A stretch of 64,000 nt of DNA, from assembly GCA_963749655.1 (NCBI GenBank), contig CAVVOB010000023.1, forward strand, positions 64,001-128,000. The letters are read 5' to 3'. Below the pieces are notes generated by a model that did not search any database, was not told the DNA's origin, and saw nothing but the letters and a program-made list of their open reading frames with translations. The first letter of the stretch is position 1; every line of letters begins with the position of its first letter. Shown piece by piece: positions 43,617 through 53,398 of this stretch. Both the position numbers and the translations under genes were made by a program. This stretch comes from Nitrospirota bacterium. GTDB lineage: Bacteria > Nitrospirota > UBA9217.

Positions 43617-43631
43617 GCATATCATGTGCCG
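43617..43631 (-). promoter_or_regulatory. Putative sigma54 promoter
   Basis: Minus strand CGGCACATGATATGC (GG-N10-GC). Confidence 0.5.
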
Positions 43632-43780
43632 GGGAAGAAGCAGTACGAGTTTTTAGTTATGAGTGTTGAGTTTTGAGTTCAATCGGTATCAGGTCGGGTA
43701 GAACGCAGAGAGCCTAACAGCTTTCAGTCGTTGCTTTAAAGGGTTCCTACACTGACGGCTGACAGCTGACTGCTGAAAAC

Positions 43781-44446
43781 TTACTCCTTGCGCGCCAGCA
43801 TCGCGATATCGCGCACCTCGAGCACCCTTTTTTCCGGTCCCCTGCCCACGCTGTTTATCATGGCCAGCCCTATCTCTTTCAGGGTAAGGAAATACCCCGG
43901 GAAGAGCGCTTTCGAGAACGGGAAGAGCGGCGTGAAGGCGTGATAGAACCAGTGTGTGTTCTTCAGGCCCCTCGTCGGCTGGATAAAAGCCGGCCGGAAC
44001 ATGTAGGCGCTCCGGAAGGGCAGCTGCATCAGATCGTTCTCGGTCCTGCCTTTTATCCTCGCCCACATGATGCGGCCCTTTTCACTGGAGTCCGTACCCA
44101 TGCCGGACACGTAGCAGATCGTCATGTCAGGGTTCAGTTTTGAAAGCATCCGGGCCAGGGCCATCGTAAGATCGTAGGTCAGGTGCTGGTAGGTTTTTTC
44201 CGACATGCCGACGGACGACACACCCATGCAGAAAAATCCGGCATTATATCCGCTGAGTTCTTTTTCGATGCTGCTGAAATCGGAGAAATCCTGATGCACG
44301 ATCTCTTTCAGCTTTCCATGGCGCACCCCGCTGGGCCTCCTGGTGATCGCCAGAACGGACTCCACCTCGGGATGAAGGAGGCATTCGTGCAGCACCCCCT
44401 CTCCGACCATGCCGGTGACGCCGGTTATAATGGCTTTTATTTTCAT
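43781..44446 (-). CDS. NAD(P)-binding epimerase/dehydratase-like (atypical SDR) protein
   Basis: IITGVTGMVGEGVL, FFCMGVSS, YVSGMGTDS, WARIKG. Confidence 0.9.
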   Translation of the reverse strand: MKIKAIITGVTGMVGEGVLHECLLHPEVESVLAITRRPSGVRHGKLKEIVHQDFSDFSSIEKELSGYNAGFFCMGVSSVGMSEKTYQHLTYDLTMALARMLSKLNPDMTICYVSGMGTDSSEKGRIMWARIKGRTENDLMQLPFRSAYMFRPAFIQPTRGLKNTHWFYHAFTPLFPFSKALFPGYFLTLKEIGLAMINSVGRGPEKRVLEVRDIAMLARKE

Positions 44447-44511
44447 GGCATTGCTGCGTGTTTCGCTAAGATATCTGTTCTAAAGGTTGATACATTCGCA
44501 AAGTTTTTTTT

Positions 44512-44593
44512 AGCCACCGAGATCACAGAGAACTCAGAGAAAAGCATTGCCGCATTAAAGCATTACCTCTGTGCTCTCTGTGTTCTCTGCGGC
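44512..44593. repeat. Inverted 9-mer arrays (CACAGAGAN type)
   Basis: GCCACCGAGATCACAGAGAACTCAGAGA ... CTCTGTGCTCTCTGTGTTCTCTGCGGC. Confidence 0.75.
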
Positions 44594-44672
44594 AAATCTT
44601 GACTTCATACGGGTTCATCAAGATTATAGCTCAACTTACCAGAAGATCTCGCTGCAGTCGGGCTCTCAATAT

Positions 44673-46317
44673 CTATTTCCAATCAATGTACCGGATCTTT
44701 GTCTGGTCCGGGATAAGCCTGCCCAGGTCCCGGCCGTCTTTATTCATGAGCCGGGCATCGGTGTACCCTACGCTCTTGAGGTAGACGAGATACTGACCGG
44801 TGGGGTCGTATACCGGCAGCCAGTTGATCCAGGCGTCGGCCACGAGCGTGCGCTCCCCGCTCCCGTCGACGCGCGCCTCGACGATGTTCCATGGCGCAAA
44901 AAGGGCCGAAGGATCGGTGGAGTAATCCGTGCCCCTGGTGAACCGTTCGAAGACAGCGACCGTGCTCGTGGCAGCAGGGTCGTGGTCCGACGTGCCGGCC
45001 GTACCGGTCAGCTGCAGGAGATTTGCTCCGTCTTCGTTCATCACCGCGATGCGGACCTCCGCCGAACCTGCAGCGCCGAAGCGGTCGGTCTTGAATACGA
45101 TCCTGCCATCCGGAAACCAGTCAGGATCGTTGTCGTTCGCGCCCGACGGGGTCAGGTCGGCGATCTCCGAACCGGTGGCGCTGCTCACGATGATCGATGC
45201 TTTTCCCGCCTCGCGGAACGACGCATAGGCGATCTTGCTGTCGTCGGGCGACCACGCCGGATGGCCGTCCAGCAGCGAGTTGGTGGTGATGGATTTCAGG
45301 TTCGAGCCGTCGACGTTCACGACATAGATCTCGTAGTTGGCGTAATCAGTGTTGGTCGGCGCTGCAAAAAATGCGATTCGCGTCCGGTCGTGGGACAAAG
45401 ACGCGCCGTCTATGTAGAGCCCGGTGGTATGCGTCACGCGGGTAACGATCGAGGCTGCGGGATCGAAGGTATACAGCTCGCCCTGCGGATTTTCATGGTC
45501 GCTGATGAAAACAATCAGGCCGGTCAGGCCGGAAGGAATGTTCGGTTGATCGTAGGTTCCCGGCGTCGTGTAAGGCAGAAGCTCCCACGAGGAAGCATCG
45601 GTGCCTGCCGCGAGCGAGGAGCCGTTGTTCAAGTATCCGATGTTGCCGGCAGTACGACGGGGACGCTGAATCTGGACATGGTCATAGATCAGAACGTTGA
45701 ACCGGGAGGCGGCGTCAGGACGCCATCCTGCCCCGCGGCTGTCCACGGTGATCGGTATCAGGAACTCAGCGCTGTATTTTCCCGAAGCATAGGTCATTTT
45801 CCCCCTGCCGTCGGCAACAACATCATCGACCGCTTCCGTTCCCCGGACATGAAGGTCTCCGTACAGGGACCCGTAGTTCGTCATGATCAGGCGATGGGCG
45901 TCTTCGTTCTCATCCAGGACGCCGTTTGCGTTGTTGTCGAAGAAGACGACGATGCCGTCAAAATCGTCCAGAAGAACCGTTCGGATCAAACGCGTTCTGC
46001 GTATCGTCGTCCCAGTCGAAGGCTATATAAAGATTGCGGTCGTCGTTCTGAGCGGCCCATCGGAGCGTGCAGGACTTGACCACGGTCCCGGTCCCAAAAG
46101 TGTCGAGGAGGTTGATGGTCTTTTGGTGAATCGTGCCGACAGCGGCAAGGTCTACGACGCCGTCAATTAGAAAGCGTTCGGCAATCGGAGTCAGGAGTTG
46201 AGGCGGGACGGGCGGGGGAGTCGTCGCAGTCGATCCGCCCTTGGAGCAGGCGCAGGAAAAAAGAAGGGAGAATGCGGCAACGGCAACTGCAGCCCGGGAA
46301 ATATTATCTTGCATCAT
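44673..46317 (-). CDS. Lipoprotein with TolB-like (PD40) beta-propeller, frameshift near 45985
   Basis: Lipobox-like FSCAC; PAWSPDDSKIAY, PDWFPDGRIVF, YVVNVDGS repeats. Confidence 0.8.
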
Positions 46318-46483
46318 CCCCCCTGAAGGTCGGCAATTAGTTGTTAGCTATCAGCGATCAGCTGTCCACGAGAAACAGAGGCTATTCCGATCAGCGCTTG
46401 ACTAATCAAATGGTGACCGCGTCGAGTTTCACGTTTTGCTACCCGACTTACAAAAGCTGACAGCAGAAAGCTGATCGCAGCTT

Positions 46484-46804
46484 TCATTTCCGCTTACTCT
46501 CTCTCCTCTTCAGCTCTTTCCACTTTTCATATTCTTCCCGGGTTTTGAACCTGGACTCCTGCGGAGAATCGGGGCTGTCTGCATCGGTCTTCGCTTTATC
46601 CGCTCCCGGCTTCAGGTATCGCATGTTTTTAATGTCGGAGACTTTTATGCGACTGGCTACTCCTCTGTCATTTTTCAAGTTCAGTAAAGTATTGCCATCA
46701 AGCCCGTGGTGAAAGCGGAAAACAAGATCGGATTCCTTTTTCTCATCACCTAATTCAAAGGTTATCACTTTATCGTTTTTTAGAAAGACCTTGATCATGA
46801 CCAT
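46484..46804 (-). CDS. Hypothetical protein
   Basis: 106-aa ORF with GGGGG RBS-like site; no recognised motif. Confidence 0.55.
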   Translation of the reverse strand: MVMIKVFLKNDKVITFELGDEKKESDLVFRFHHGLDGNTLLNLKNDRGVASRIKVSDIKNMRYLKPGADKAKTDADSPDSPQESRFKTREEYEKWKELKRRESKRK

Positions 46805-46881
46805 TCCCCCTGGGCGAACTGTTTCCCTGTCTCAGTGTCTCACTATAATAATGCACCTTTCTGCAACATACAAGGAGTAAC

Positions 46882-48291
46882 TTATTTCCGCTCTTTGCTC
46901 CTGACGAGCGACGTGACTGCCGCTATCCCGGTCAGAACCGCCCCGGTCATGTACGCGTACTCCAGACCTTTCAAAAAAGCGTCTGATTCAGTGCTGTGAA
47001 GCGAAGGCTTTTGCAGAACAGCGGGAGAAACGTAAAGGGACAACACCGCGCCTCCGGCGGCAATGCCCATCACCATACCGACGGTCCTGACCGTGGAGAG
47101 AATGCCGGAAGCTATTCCCAGGTGCTCCGTCGGCGCGCTCCCCATGGCAGCGCTGTTGTTGGGGGATTGAAAGATGCCGGTGCCGAACCCGAAGATGGCG
47201 ACCCGCCAGACGACATCAGCCTGAAAAGCATGATCAGGCAATTGACTCATGAAGTAGAGCGACAGCGCGCAGAGGCCCGCGCCGATGAAGGCGAGCATGC
47301 TTGTCCCGATCCGGTCGGAAAGCGCTCCGCTGAAGGGCGCGACCGACATCACGGCGAGGGGGAACGCCGTCATGATAAGGCCTACATGGGCCGCCTCGAA
47401 GTGCAGCACCCGCTGGAGGTAGAAGGGCGTGAGAAAGACCATGATGTACTGCGCCATGAAATTGAAGAGCGAGCTGATGTTCGCCAGGGAAAATGTTGCG
47501 CTCCGGAAGAGTCCGAGGTAGAGCATGGGCTCGGCAACGCTGCTTTCGACCTTGATGAAAGCGATGACCGAGGCGATCGACGCAAAGAACAGAAGATAGG
47601 TCATTGGCTGCGAGCCGGGATCGTGAAGACGGTTCAGGAACAGAAGGACGAAGAGCAGGGAAAGGCTGCCGAGGACCACTCCGGGCATGTCGATCCTGGC
47701 CGGCCTTCGCTTGATGCTCGGGATGATGCGGCTTCCCCAGAACAGGGCCGCGATCCCGATCGGAACGTTGATCAGGAACACGAAGCGCCAGCCGAAAAAA
47801 GAGGTAAGAAACCCACCGAGCGAAGGTCCCAGGGCCAGACCGGCAGAGATGCTTATGGCGTTGATGCCCAGGGCTTTGCCCCGCTCCCGGGGCGGGAAAG
47901 CTGAAGTGATGATGGCGAAAGGCATGGACATCAGCATTCCGGCGGCAAGTCCCTGCAGGGCGCGGGATGCGATCAGCCAGTGGATGGATTGGGAAAGGCC
48001 GCAGAGCGCGGAAGTAACGATGAAGCCGGCAAGGCCGATCAGGTAGATCTTCTTGTACCCGAAGATATCGCCCAGCCGGCCGTAGAACATGAGCAGGCTG
48101 CCGATGGTGAGGAGGTAGATCATCGGCACCCACTGCGCCGCCGAAACCCCCACGCCGAAGTACTGCGCGATCGTCGGAAGGACCACGTTCACGATGCTGG
48201 CGTCGATGGGCCCCATGATGTTGCCGACCATGACCGCGGCCAGGATGGCGTAGCGTTTGGAGAAGTCTATTTCAGTTGAAATGTCGTTCAT
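46882..48291 (-). CDS. MFS transporter, DHA2 (EmrB/QacA) type
   Basis: DASIVNVVLP, GRLGDIFG, RALQG, GPSLGG, WRFVFLINVPIG. Confidence 0.93.
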   Translation of the reverse strand: MNDISTEIDFSKRYAILAAVMVGNIMGPIDASIVNVVLPTIAQYFGVGVSAAQWVPMIYLLTIGSLLMFYGRLGDIFGYKKIYLIGLAGFIVTSALCGLSQSIHWLIASRALQGLAAGMLMSMPFAIITSAFPPRERGKALGINAISISAGLALGPSLGGFLTSFFGWRFVFLINVPIGIAALFWGSRIIPSIKRRPARIDMPGVVLGSLSLLFVLLFLNRLHDPGSQPMTYLLFFASIASVIAFIKVESSVAEPMLYLGLFRSATFSLANISSLFNFMAQYIMVFLTPFYLQRVLHFEAAHVGLIMTAFPLAVMSVAPFSGALSDRIGTSMLAFIGAGLCALSLYFMSQLPDHAFQADVVWRVAIFGFGTGIFQSPNNSAAMGSAPTEHLGIASGILSTVRTVGMVMGIAAGGAVLSLYVSPAVLQKPSLHSTESDAFLKGLEYAYMTGAVLTGIAAVTSLVRSKERK

Positions 48292-49002
48292 AGAGTTTTA
48301 GCGCTAAGATCGGGATGAACTCCGGCAGGAATCCAGGGATTTATGAAGAGCTTTCAGATTTCCCAGTCCCGCACGTCCCCAGAAGCGGTCCTTCACCATT
48401 ATGTTCGTCATCTTTCTTGACACGTATGAACGGTAAAAAAAGATAGCACAGTCGGATACAACAGTCTACACAAAATCCTAGCAACCCAAATTGTGGAATA
48501 AAAAAGACTTTCAGCTGATCGCTGAGAGCTGACCGCTGACAGCTGAATTTAACGAATTCGGCAATGTACAAAGAGAAGCACAAAATGACAAGCTACTCTC
48601 CCCGTATTTGGAGGTTCTTTTAGCAAGACCGATTTTTTGTTAGTGTTATACTCTAATTATCGAACAATCCCGATAGCCTGATAGTTGATTCAGCAGATTG
48701 CCTTGGGTTTTGAGGCAGAGGAAACACATCATCATGCGGGATGCCGGACCCGGCCTCTTCAAAGCCCAAAGCAATTTTTGCCACGAATCAACACGGATTA
48801 ACACGAATTAAAAAATCGAGAAGGTTTAGCTGCTCCCGGCGGCGCGTCTCTTTACGGTATCGACCTGCGGCAATTCCTCCCCGGCAGCATCAGCTGCCGC
48901 GTTTACCCGTCCAAGGAGGACGACGAGAGAGCCATTCTTCTTTCAGCAACCTGATGCGAAGCTCGAAAGCTGAAATGCCGGATGGCTTCGGAGTGTGTTG
49001 CC

Positions 49003-49623
49003 ATGAGACTTCTTCTCTTCATCGGCATCTCTGCGGCGTTGACGATGTTCACGGTGCAAGGCTGTTTCGAAGATCCCGGGCAGCAGGCGCTCAGGAACGA
49101 AGTCGACGGTCTGCGGACGTACGTTGAGCGGCTCGAGAGCGAGAACGGAAGCACCTGGCAACAGATCCAGGGGCGCGCGGGGACCGGACCGTACCTCGTG
49201 ATCGATACAGCTGCGAACTGGCTGTATGTTCGCAAGGATGATGAGGTCCTGCTGAAGACTTTGATCTCCACCGGCAGCGGCAGAAAGCTGGAGGTGCAGG
49301 GAGGAAGAAAGTGGATCTTCGCGACGCCCAAGGGCGTGTTCACCATCCTCCGAAAGGAAGCGAACCCCATCTGGTACAAGCCTGACTGGGCGTTCGTGGA
49401 GGACAATCTGCCGGTCCCTCCGCCGGACTCGAGGACGCGGCTGGCCCGCGGCATGCTCGGCAAGTACGCCTTGAGCATCGGCGACAGCTACAAGATACAC
49501 GGCACCCCGTTCCGGAACCTGCTTGGCAGGTCCGTATCGCACGGATGCATCCGGGTCGGCGACGAAGACATGGAGCGGCTGTATGCCCTGGTCTCGGAAG
49601 GGACCACGGTCTACATCTATTGA
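49003..49623 (+). CDS. L,D-transpeptidase (YkuD family)
   Basis: ISTG, TPKGVF, PIWYKPDW, IHGT...SHGCIR. Confidence 0.93.
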   Translation: MRLLLFIGISAALTMFTVQGCFEDPGQQALRNEVDGLRTYVERLESENGSTWQQIQGRAGTGPYLVIDTAANWLYVRKDDEVLLKTLISTGSGRKLEVQGGRKWIFATPKGVFTILRKEANPIWYKPDWAFVEDNLPVPPPDSRTRLARGMLGKYALSIGDSYKIHGTPFRNLLGRSVSHGCIRVGDEDMERLYALVSEGTTVYIY

Positions 49624-49851
49624 ATGTGCAGTTCACGGCAGCGAGCGTCAAAGTCTTTTCAAAAGGAGCGGAATATTCCGCACAAAGCCGTACAGTGCGC
49701 TGAGAGCATCAACCTGACCCGGATGAACCGGAAAAGCTGTCTCGCGCAAAGCCGCAAAGAACGCAAAAAACGATTACAGAAGAAATATCGCTTCTGATAT
49801 TTTTTAAACGACTGGAGACCAGGGCAACAGTCATCCTTGAAAGGTTTCATC

Positions 49852-50475
49852 ATGAACCTGCGGAATGCCGTCTGCTTGCTCTTCGTGATTGCCGCGGTCG
49901 CAGGATGCAACGGCCAGCGACGGGCAGCGGAGCTGGATAGCCTCCAAAAAGAGCGGCAGGCGCTCGTGCATCGCTTGAAGACAGCGGAGGAAGAGCAGCG
50001 GTTTCTTGCTTTCGTAAAGGGAATATATGCTGCCGACAAACGGTATCTCGTGCTCGACACGCAGCTGTCGCAGGGCTCTCTTAAAGTGGGGACCAGAGTG
50101 CTGCGCACCTTCCCCCTGGTCCTCAACGGGTGCAGGAAGCCGGCCTTCCTGACCGCGAAGAAGGCCGACGCATACGTTTTGCCGAAAGGCCGCATCCAGG
50201 TGATCGCCAAGATGAAAGACCCCGCCTGGTACAAGCCTGACTGGTTGTTTGAAAATATGGCTCAGCCGCCGCCGAGCGACTCCCTGGAGCGGCTGATCCA
50301 GGGACCCTTGGGCGGGTATGCGTTGTTCTTCGGCCATGGATTCGTTATTCACGGCAGGCCCATGGACGGCGCGCCGCCGATGGAGCTGGACCACGCCTGC
50401 ATCGTTATCGAGGACGACGATCTCAGGGTCCTGTTCCAGATGCTCGCTACAGGGTCCTTTGCATACATCCGATAG
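49852..50475 (+). CDS. L,D-transpeptidase-like lipoprotein with variant active site
   Basis: Lipobox VAGC; PAWYKPDW, GPLG, IHG...DHACI in place of SHGCI. Confidence 0.82.
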   Translation: MNLRNAVCLLFVIAAVAGCNGQRRAAELDSLQKERQALVHRLKTAEEEQRFLAFVKGIYAADKRYLVLDTQLSQGSLKVGTRVLRTFPLVLNGCRKPAFLTAKKADAYVLPKGRIQVIAKMKDPAWYKPDWLFENMAQPPPSDSLERLIQGPLGGYALFFGHGFVIHGRPMDGAPPMELDHACIVIEDDDLRVLFQMLATGSFAYIR

Positions 50476-50484
50476 AGGTGCCTT

Positions 50485-51000
50485 ATGGAGACGATACAAA
50501 CGTACGAGAACTTCCCGGCCAGACTGGTAGCTGCAGCAATCCTGGTCAATGCGGCCATCTACGCCCTGGGCGCATTCATCCTCGCCGGGTTCGGAAGCAT
50601 GATGACGGCATTCTACCTCCTCTACTGTCTCGGCAACGAAGTCCATGTCATGAAAAAGAGCTGTACAGATTGTTATTACTTCGGCAAATGGTGCGCTTTC
50701 GGCAAAGGGAAGGCGGCGGCGCTGTTCTTCAAGCAGGGAGATCCCCAAAGCTTCCCCAAAAAATCCATGTCTCACAAAGATCTGATACCGGATATGCTGG
50801 TGGTGATGTTTCCGCTCGTGGGCGGGATCGCGCTTTTGATAAGGAATTTTTCCTGGAGCATCGTCATCGCGCTCGTCCCCTTCCTGGCATTCTCTTTCTA
50901 CGGCACCTATCTGATCAGAAGCCGGGTCGCCTGCGCAGGCTGCAAACAGCGCGAGCTCGGCTGCCCGGCTGAGCGATTCTTCAGCAAAGGGGCGGCATGA
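50485..51000 (+). CDS. Four-TM Cys-rich membrane protein
   Basis: CTDCYYFGKWC and CAGCKQRELGC motifs among TM helices. Confidence 0.75.
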   Translation: METIQTYENFPARLVAAAILVNAAIYALGAFILAGFGSMMTAFYLLYCLGNEVHVMKKSCTDCYYFGKWCAFGKGKAAALFFKQGDPQSFPKKSMSHKDLIPDMLVVMFPLVGGIALLIRNFSWSIVIALVPFLAFSFYGTYLIRSRVACAGCKQRELGCPAERFFSKGAA

Positions 51001-51106
51001 TGATACGGCACTAGTCCGGATCAGCAGGGTCGAGACCCACCTTCCCTGACAGGATTGTTTTCTGGAGTTGCCGGAGTAAACAAGCGCATCCTGCATAAAA
51101 ACAAGA

Positions 51107-51138
51107 AAAGCAGCCGGAAAAATATCCGGCTGCCTTTT
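51107..51138. terminator. Bidirectional terminator
   Basis: AAAAGCAGCCGGA...TCCGGCTGCCTTTT. Confidence 0.75.
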
Positions 51139-51211
51139 AATTTTTTCATGAAAGATTGAATTCCTGCTGTAGTTTATTTGGACCTGTCGGGACAGGAATG
51201 ACGAATTCGGT

Positions 51212-52963
51212 TTAAATGGTCCCGTTGGATCCGTTCAACTGGTTGATCAGCGTCTGCATGTCCGTTGCCGTGAGTCCCGACTTGTTCGTTGCCGAACCCA
51301 TAAAGGTCGTCATCGCTGTCGCTAGTCCGCTCGTTCCGGCAGTCGAGGACATCATGGTGCTGCCGCCTCCGCCCATCATACCGCCGCTCATCATGCCGCC
51401 CATGGTGATCGACGTGCCGCCCATCATGCCGTTCATGACTCCGTCGGATGCGTCCTCCATCATGTCGGTGATCAGCGCCGCGGGATCGGTCATGCCGATG
51501 GTCTGCGCGTACTGGGACATGGCGGCAATGGCAATGCCGTAGTTCTTCATGTCCGTCGTCGCCGTGCTGCCGGACCCCGCCGTTGCCGCGTTCATCGGCC
51601 CGGTATGGAGGATGTCGGAGACCATGAAGTAGGAGCCCACTGCCGTGTTCCCTGCCGTGATGTTGGAATCCGTCATCCCGCCGGACATTGCCTGGGTCCG
51701 CGCCTGCGCCATGGACGTAAGGGGTGTCATCTGAATGCCCGTTATGGTCGCTCCGCTCGTCATGGTCGGTATGATTGCCGTCATCTCATCAGCCGAAGAC
51801 ATGGTCATGGTCGCAGCCGTGGCCAGGTTCGCGTAGGAGCCGCCGGTCGTCCTGATCATGACGGGACCGGAATACGATCCGAGAGAAAGGCTGAAAATGC
51901 CCATGCTGTCCGTGGTCCCGCTGGCAATCTGCGCGCCCATGGTTCCGCTGCTCACGGAGTAGGCCATGACCGTGGCGGTCTTCATCATGCCGTTGTAGAC
52001 CGTGCCGCTCATCATGCCGTTCATCGGCGTTCCGCCGCCGTTCTGAATCGTACCGGTCGCGGAACCTGTCAGATGGTCCATGAGCGTCTGCATATCGGTC
52101 GCGGTCAGGCCCGACTTGTTCATCGACGACGTCATGAAGGTCGCCATCTCCGTTGCGAGCCCCGTTGTTCCCATGGTTGAGGTCATCATGGAACTGGTCA
52201 TCATGCCGCCCATCATGACCGGCGTGCTGCCCATCATGCCGTTCATGACACCGTCAGCCGCATCGTTCATGAGAGCAGTGACCATGCTTGATGAAGAGGA
52301 CATTCCCATGTCCTTTGCCGTCTGGGACATGGCGGCTATGGCCATGCCGTAGTTTTTCATGTCCTGGGTTGCCGTGCCGCCCGAGCCGGACGTTAGCGGG
52401 TTCATGGGCTGTGTATGGAGAATGTCGCTCACCATGAAGAAACTGCCCACGGATGTATTTGCCGCCGTGATGTTCGCAGCGGTCATGCCGCCAGCCATGT
52501 TGTTGGCCATAGCCTGGGCCATGGAGGTGAGGGGCGTAACCTGGATGTTCGTCATGGTTCCCCCGCTCATGACCGAAGGAGTGATCGCGGTCATCACATC
52601 GCCGGGAGCCATGGCCACGGTGGTGCCGGTTGCTTCATCTATATACGTCCCGCCGCTCATCTGAAGCATGACGGAGCCTGCGTAATCGCCGATCGACAAG
52701 GAGTAATTCCCCGCGTTGTCCGTTGTGCCGCTGGCCAGTTGCGCGCCCATGGTGCCGTTGGTAACGGCGTACGCTGTTACGGTTCCGCCCATGATCGGCC
52801 CTTTGACAGCCGTGCCGCTGATCATGCCGCTTGTGCCGTTCGCGCCCGCTGTCCCCCGCGCAGTTGTTGCGCTGCTGCCTCCGCCGCCACAACCAAAGAG
52901 AGACAACGAACCGATCAAGAGGGTAAGGGTCACCATTACTTTGAACTTATTAAGCCTTTGCAT
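51212..52963 (-). CDS. Met/Gly/Thr-rich lipoprotein built from two homologous halves
   Basis: GGAGG RBS; lipobox LFGC; repeated GTMGAQ(L/I)ASGTTD, TPLTSMAQA, DMKNYG, NKSGLTATDMQTL. Confidence 0.85.
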   Translation of the reverse strand: MQRLNKFKVMVTLTLLIGSLSLFGCGGGGSSATTARGTAGANGTSGMISGTAVKGPIMGGTVTAYAVTNGTMGAQLASGTTDNAGNYSLSIGDYAGSVMLQMSGGTYIDEATGTTVAMAPGDVMTAITPSVMSGGTMTNIQVTPLTSMAQAMANNMAGGMTAANITAANTSVGSFFMVSDILHTQPMNPLTSGSGGTATQDMKNYGMAIAAMSQTAKDMGMSSSSSMVTALMNDAADGVMNGMMGSTPVMMGGMMTSSMMTSTMGTTGLATEMATFMTSSMNKSGLTATDMQTLMDHLTGSATGTIQNGGGTPMNGMMSGTVYNGMMKTATVMAYSVSSGTMGAQIASGTTDSMGIFSLSLGSYSGPVMIRTTGGSYANLATAATMTMSSADEMTAIIPTMTSGATITGIQMTPLTSMAQARTQAMSGGMTDSNITAGNTAVGSYFMVSDILHTGPMNAATAGSGSTATTDMKNYGIAIAAMSQYAQTIGMTDPAALITDMMEDASDGVMNGMMGGTSITMGGMMSGGMMGGGGSTMMSSTAGTSGLATAMTTFMGSATNKSGLTATDMQTLINQLNGSNGTI

Positions 52964-53398
52964 TGAATGCATCCTCCATACCTTAAACTGATTTTGACAA
53001 CAATTGAACATAAGACGAAACAGCGTCGAAAAGGTTACAAACAATTTGTCGACGGGCTGCTTCCATGAAATCGACGAGTGACCGGGGATTGGAATATACT
53101 CCAGGGAGAACAGCAGAGTGTGGCGCGGGAAGAACTCTACAACAGGCCGGTTCTGTGGCAATATTCAATCTTGCAGTAGCTGCAGCAGTGATTTTTCTGT
53201 CTATACTATTACTGGTCTTTTATTTCCTTTCAGTCTGATATCCGCGCATCGCAAAACAGTTGCCTCATGATGCAACTCTGCGCTGACCAAGTCAATCATT
53301 AAAGCGAAACGCTACTATTATACACTGAGCGTTAAGTATGATAAAGGGGTCTGCGACCTTTGACTGTAACGACCTTGAGGTCATGTATGCCGCGTTTC

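Noticed and set aside
48680-48702. AATCTGCTGAATC on the minus strand resembling the 5' end of a c-di-AMP (ydaO) riboswitch
   Set aside because: Wrong strand for the adjacent transpeptidases, and the downstream conserved elements are absent.
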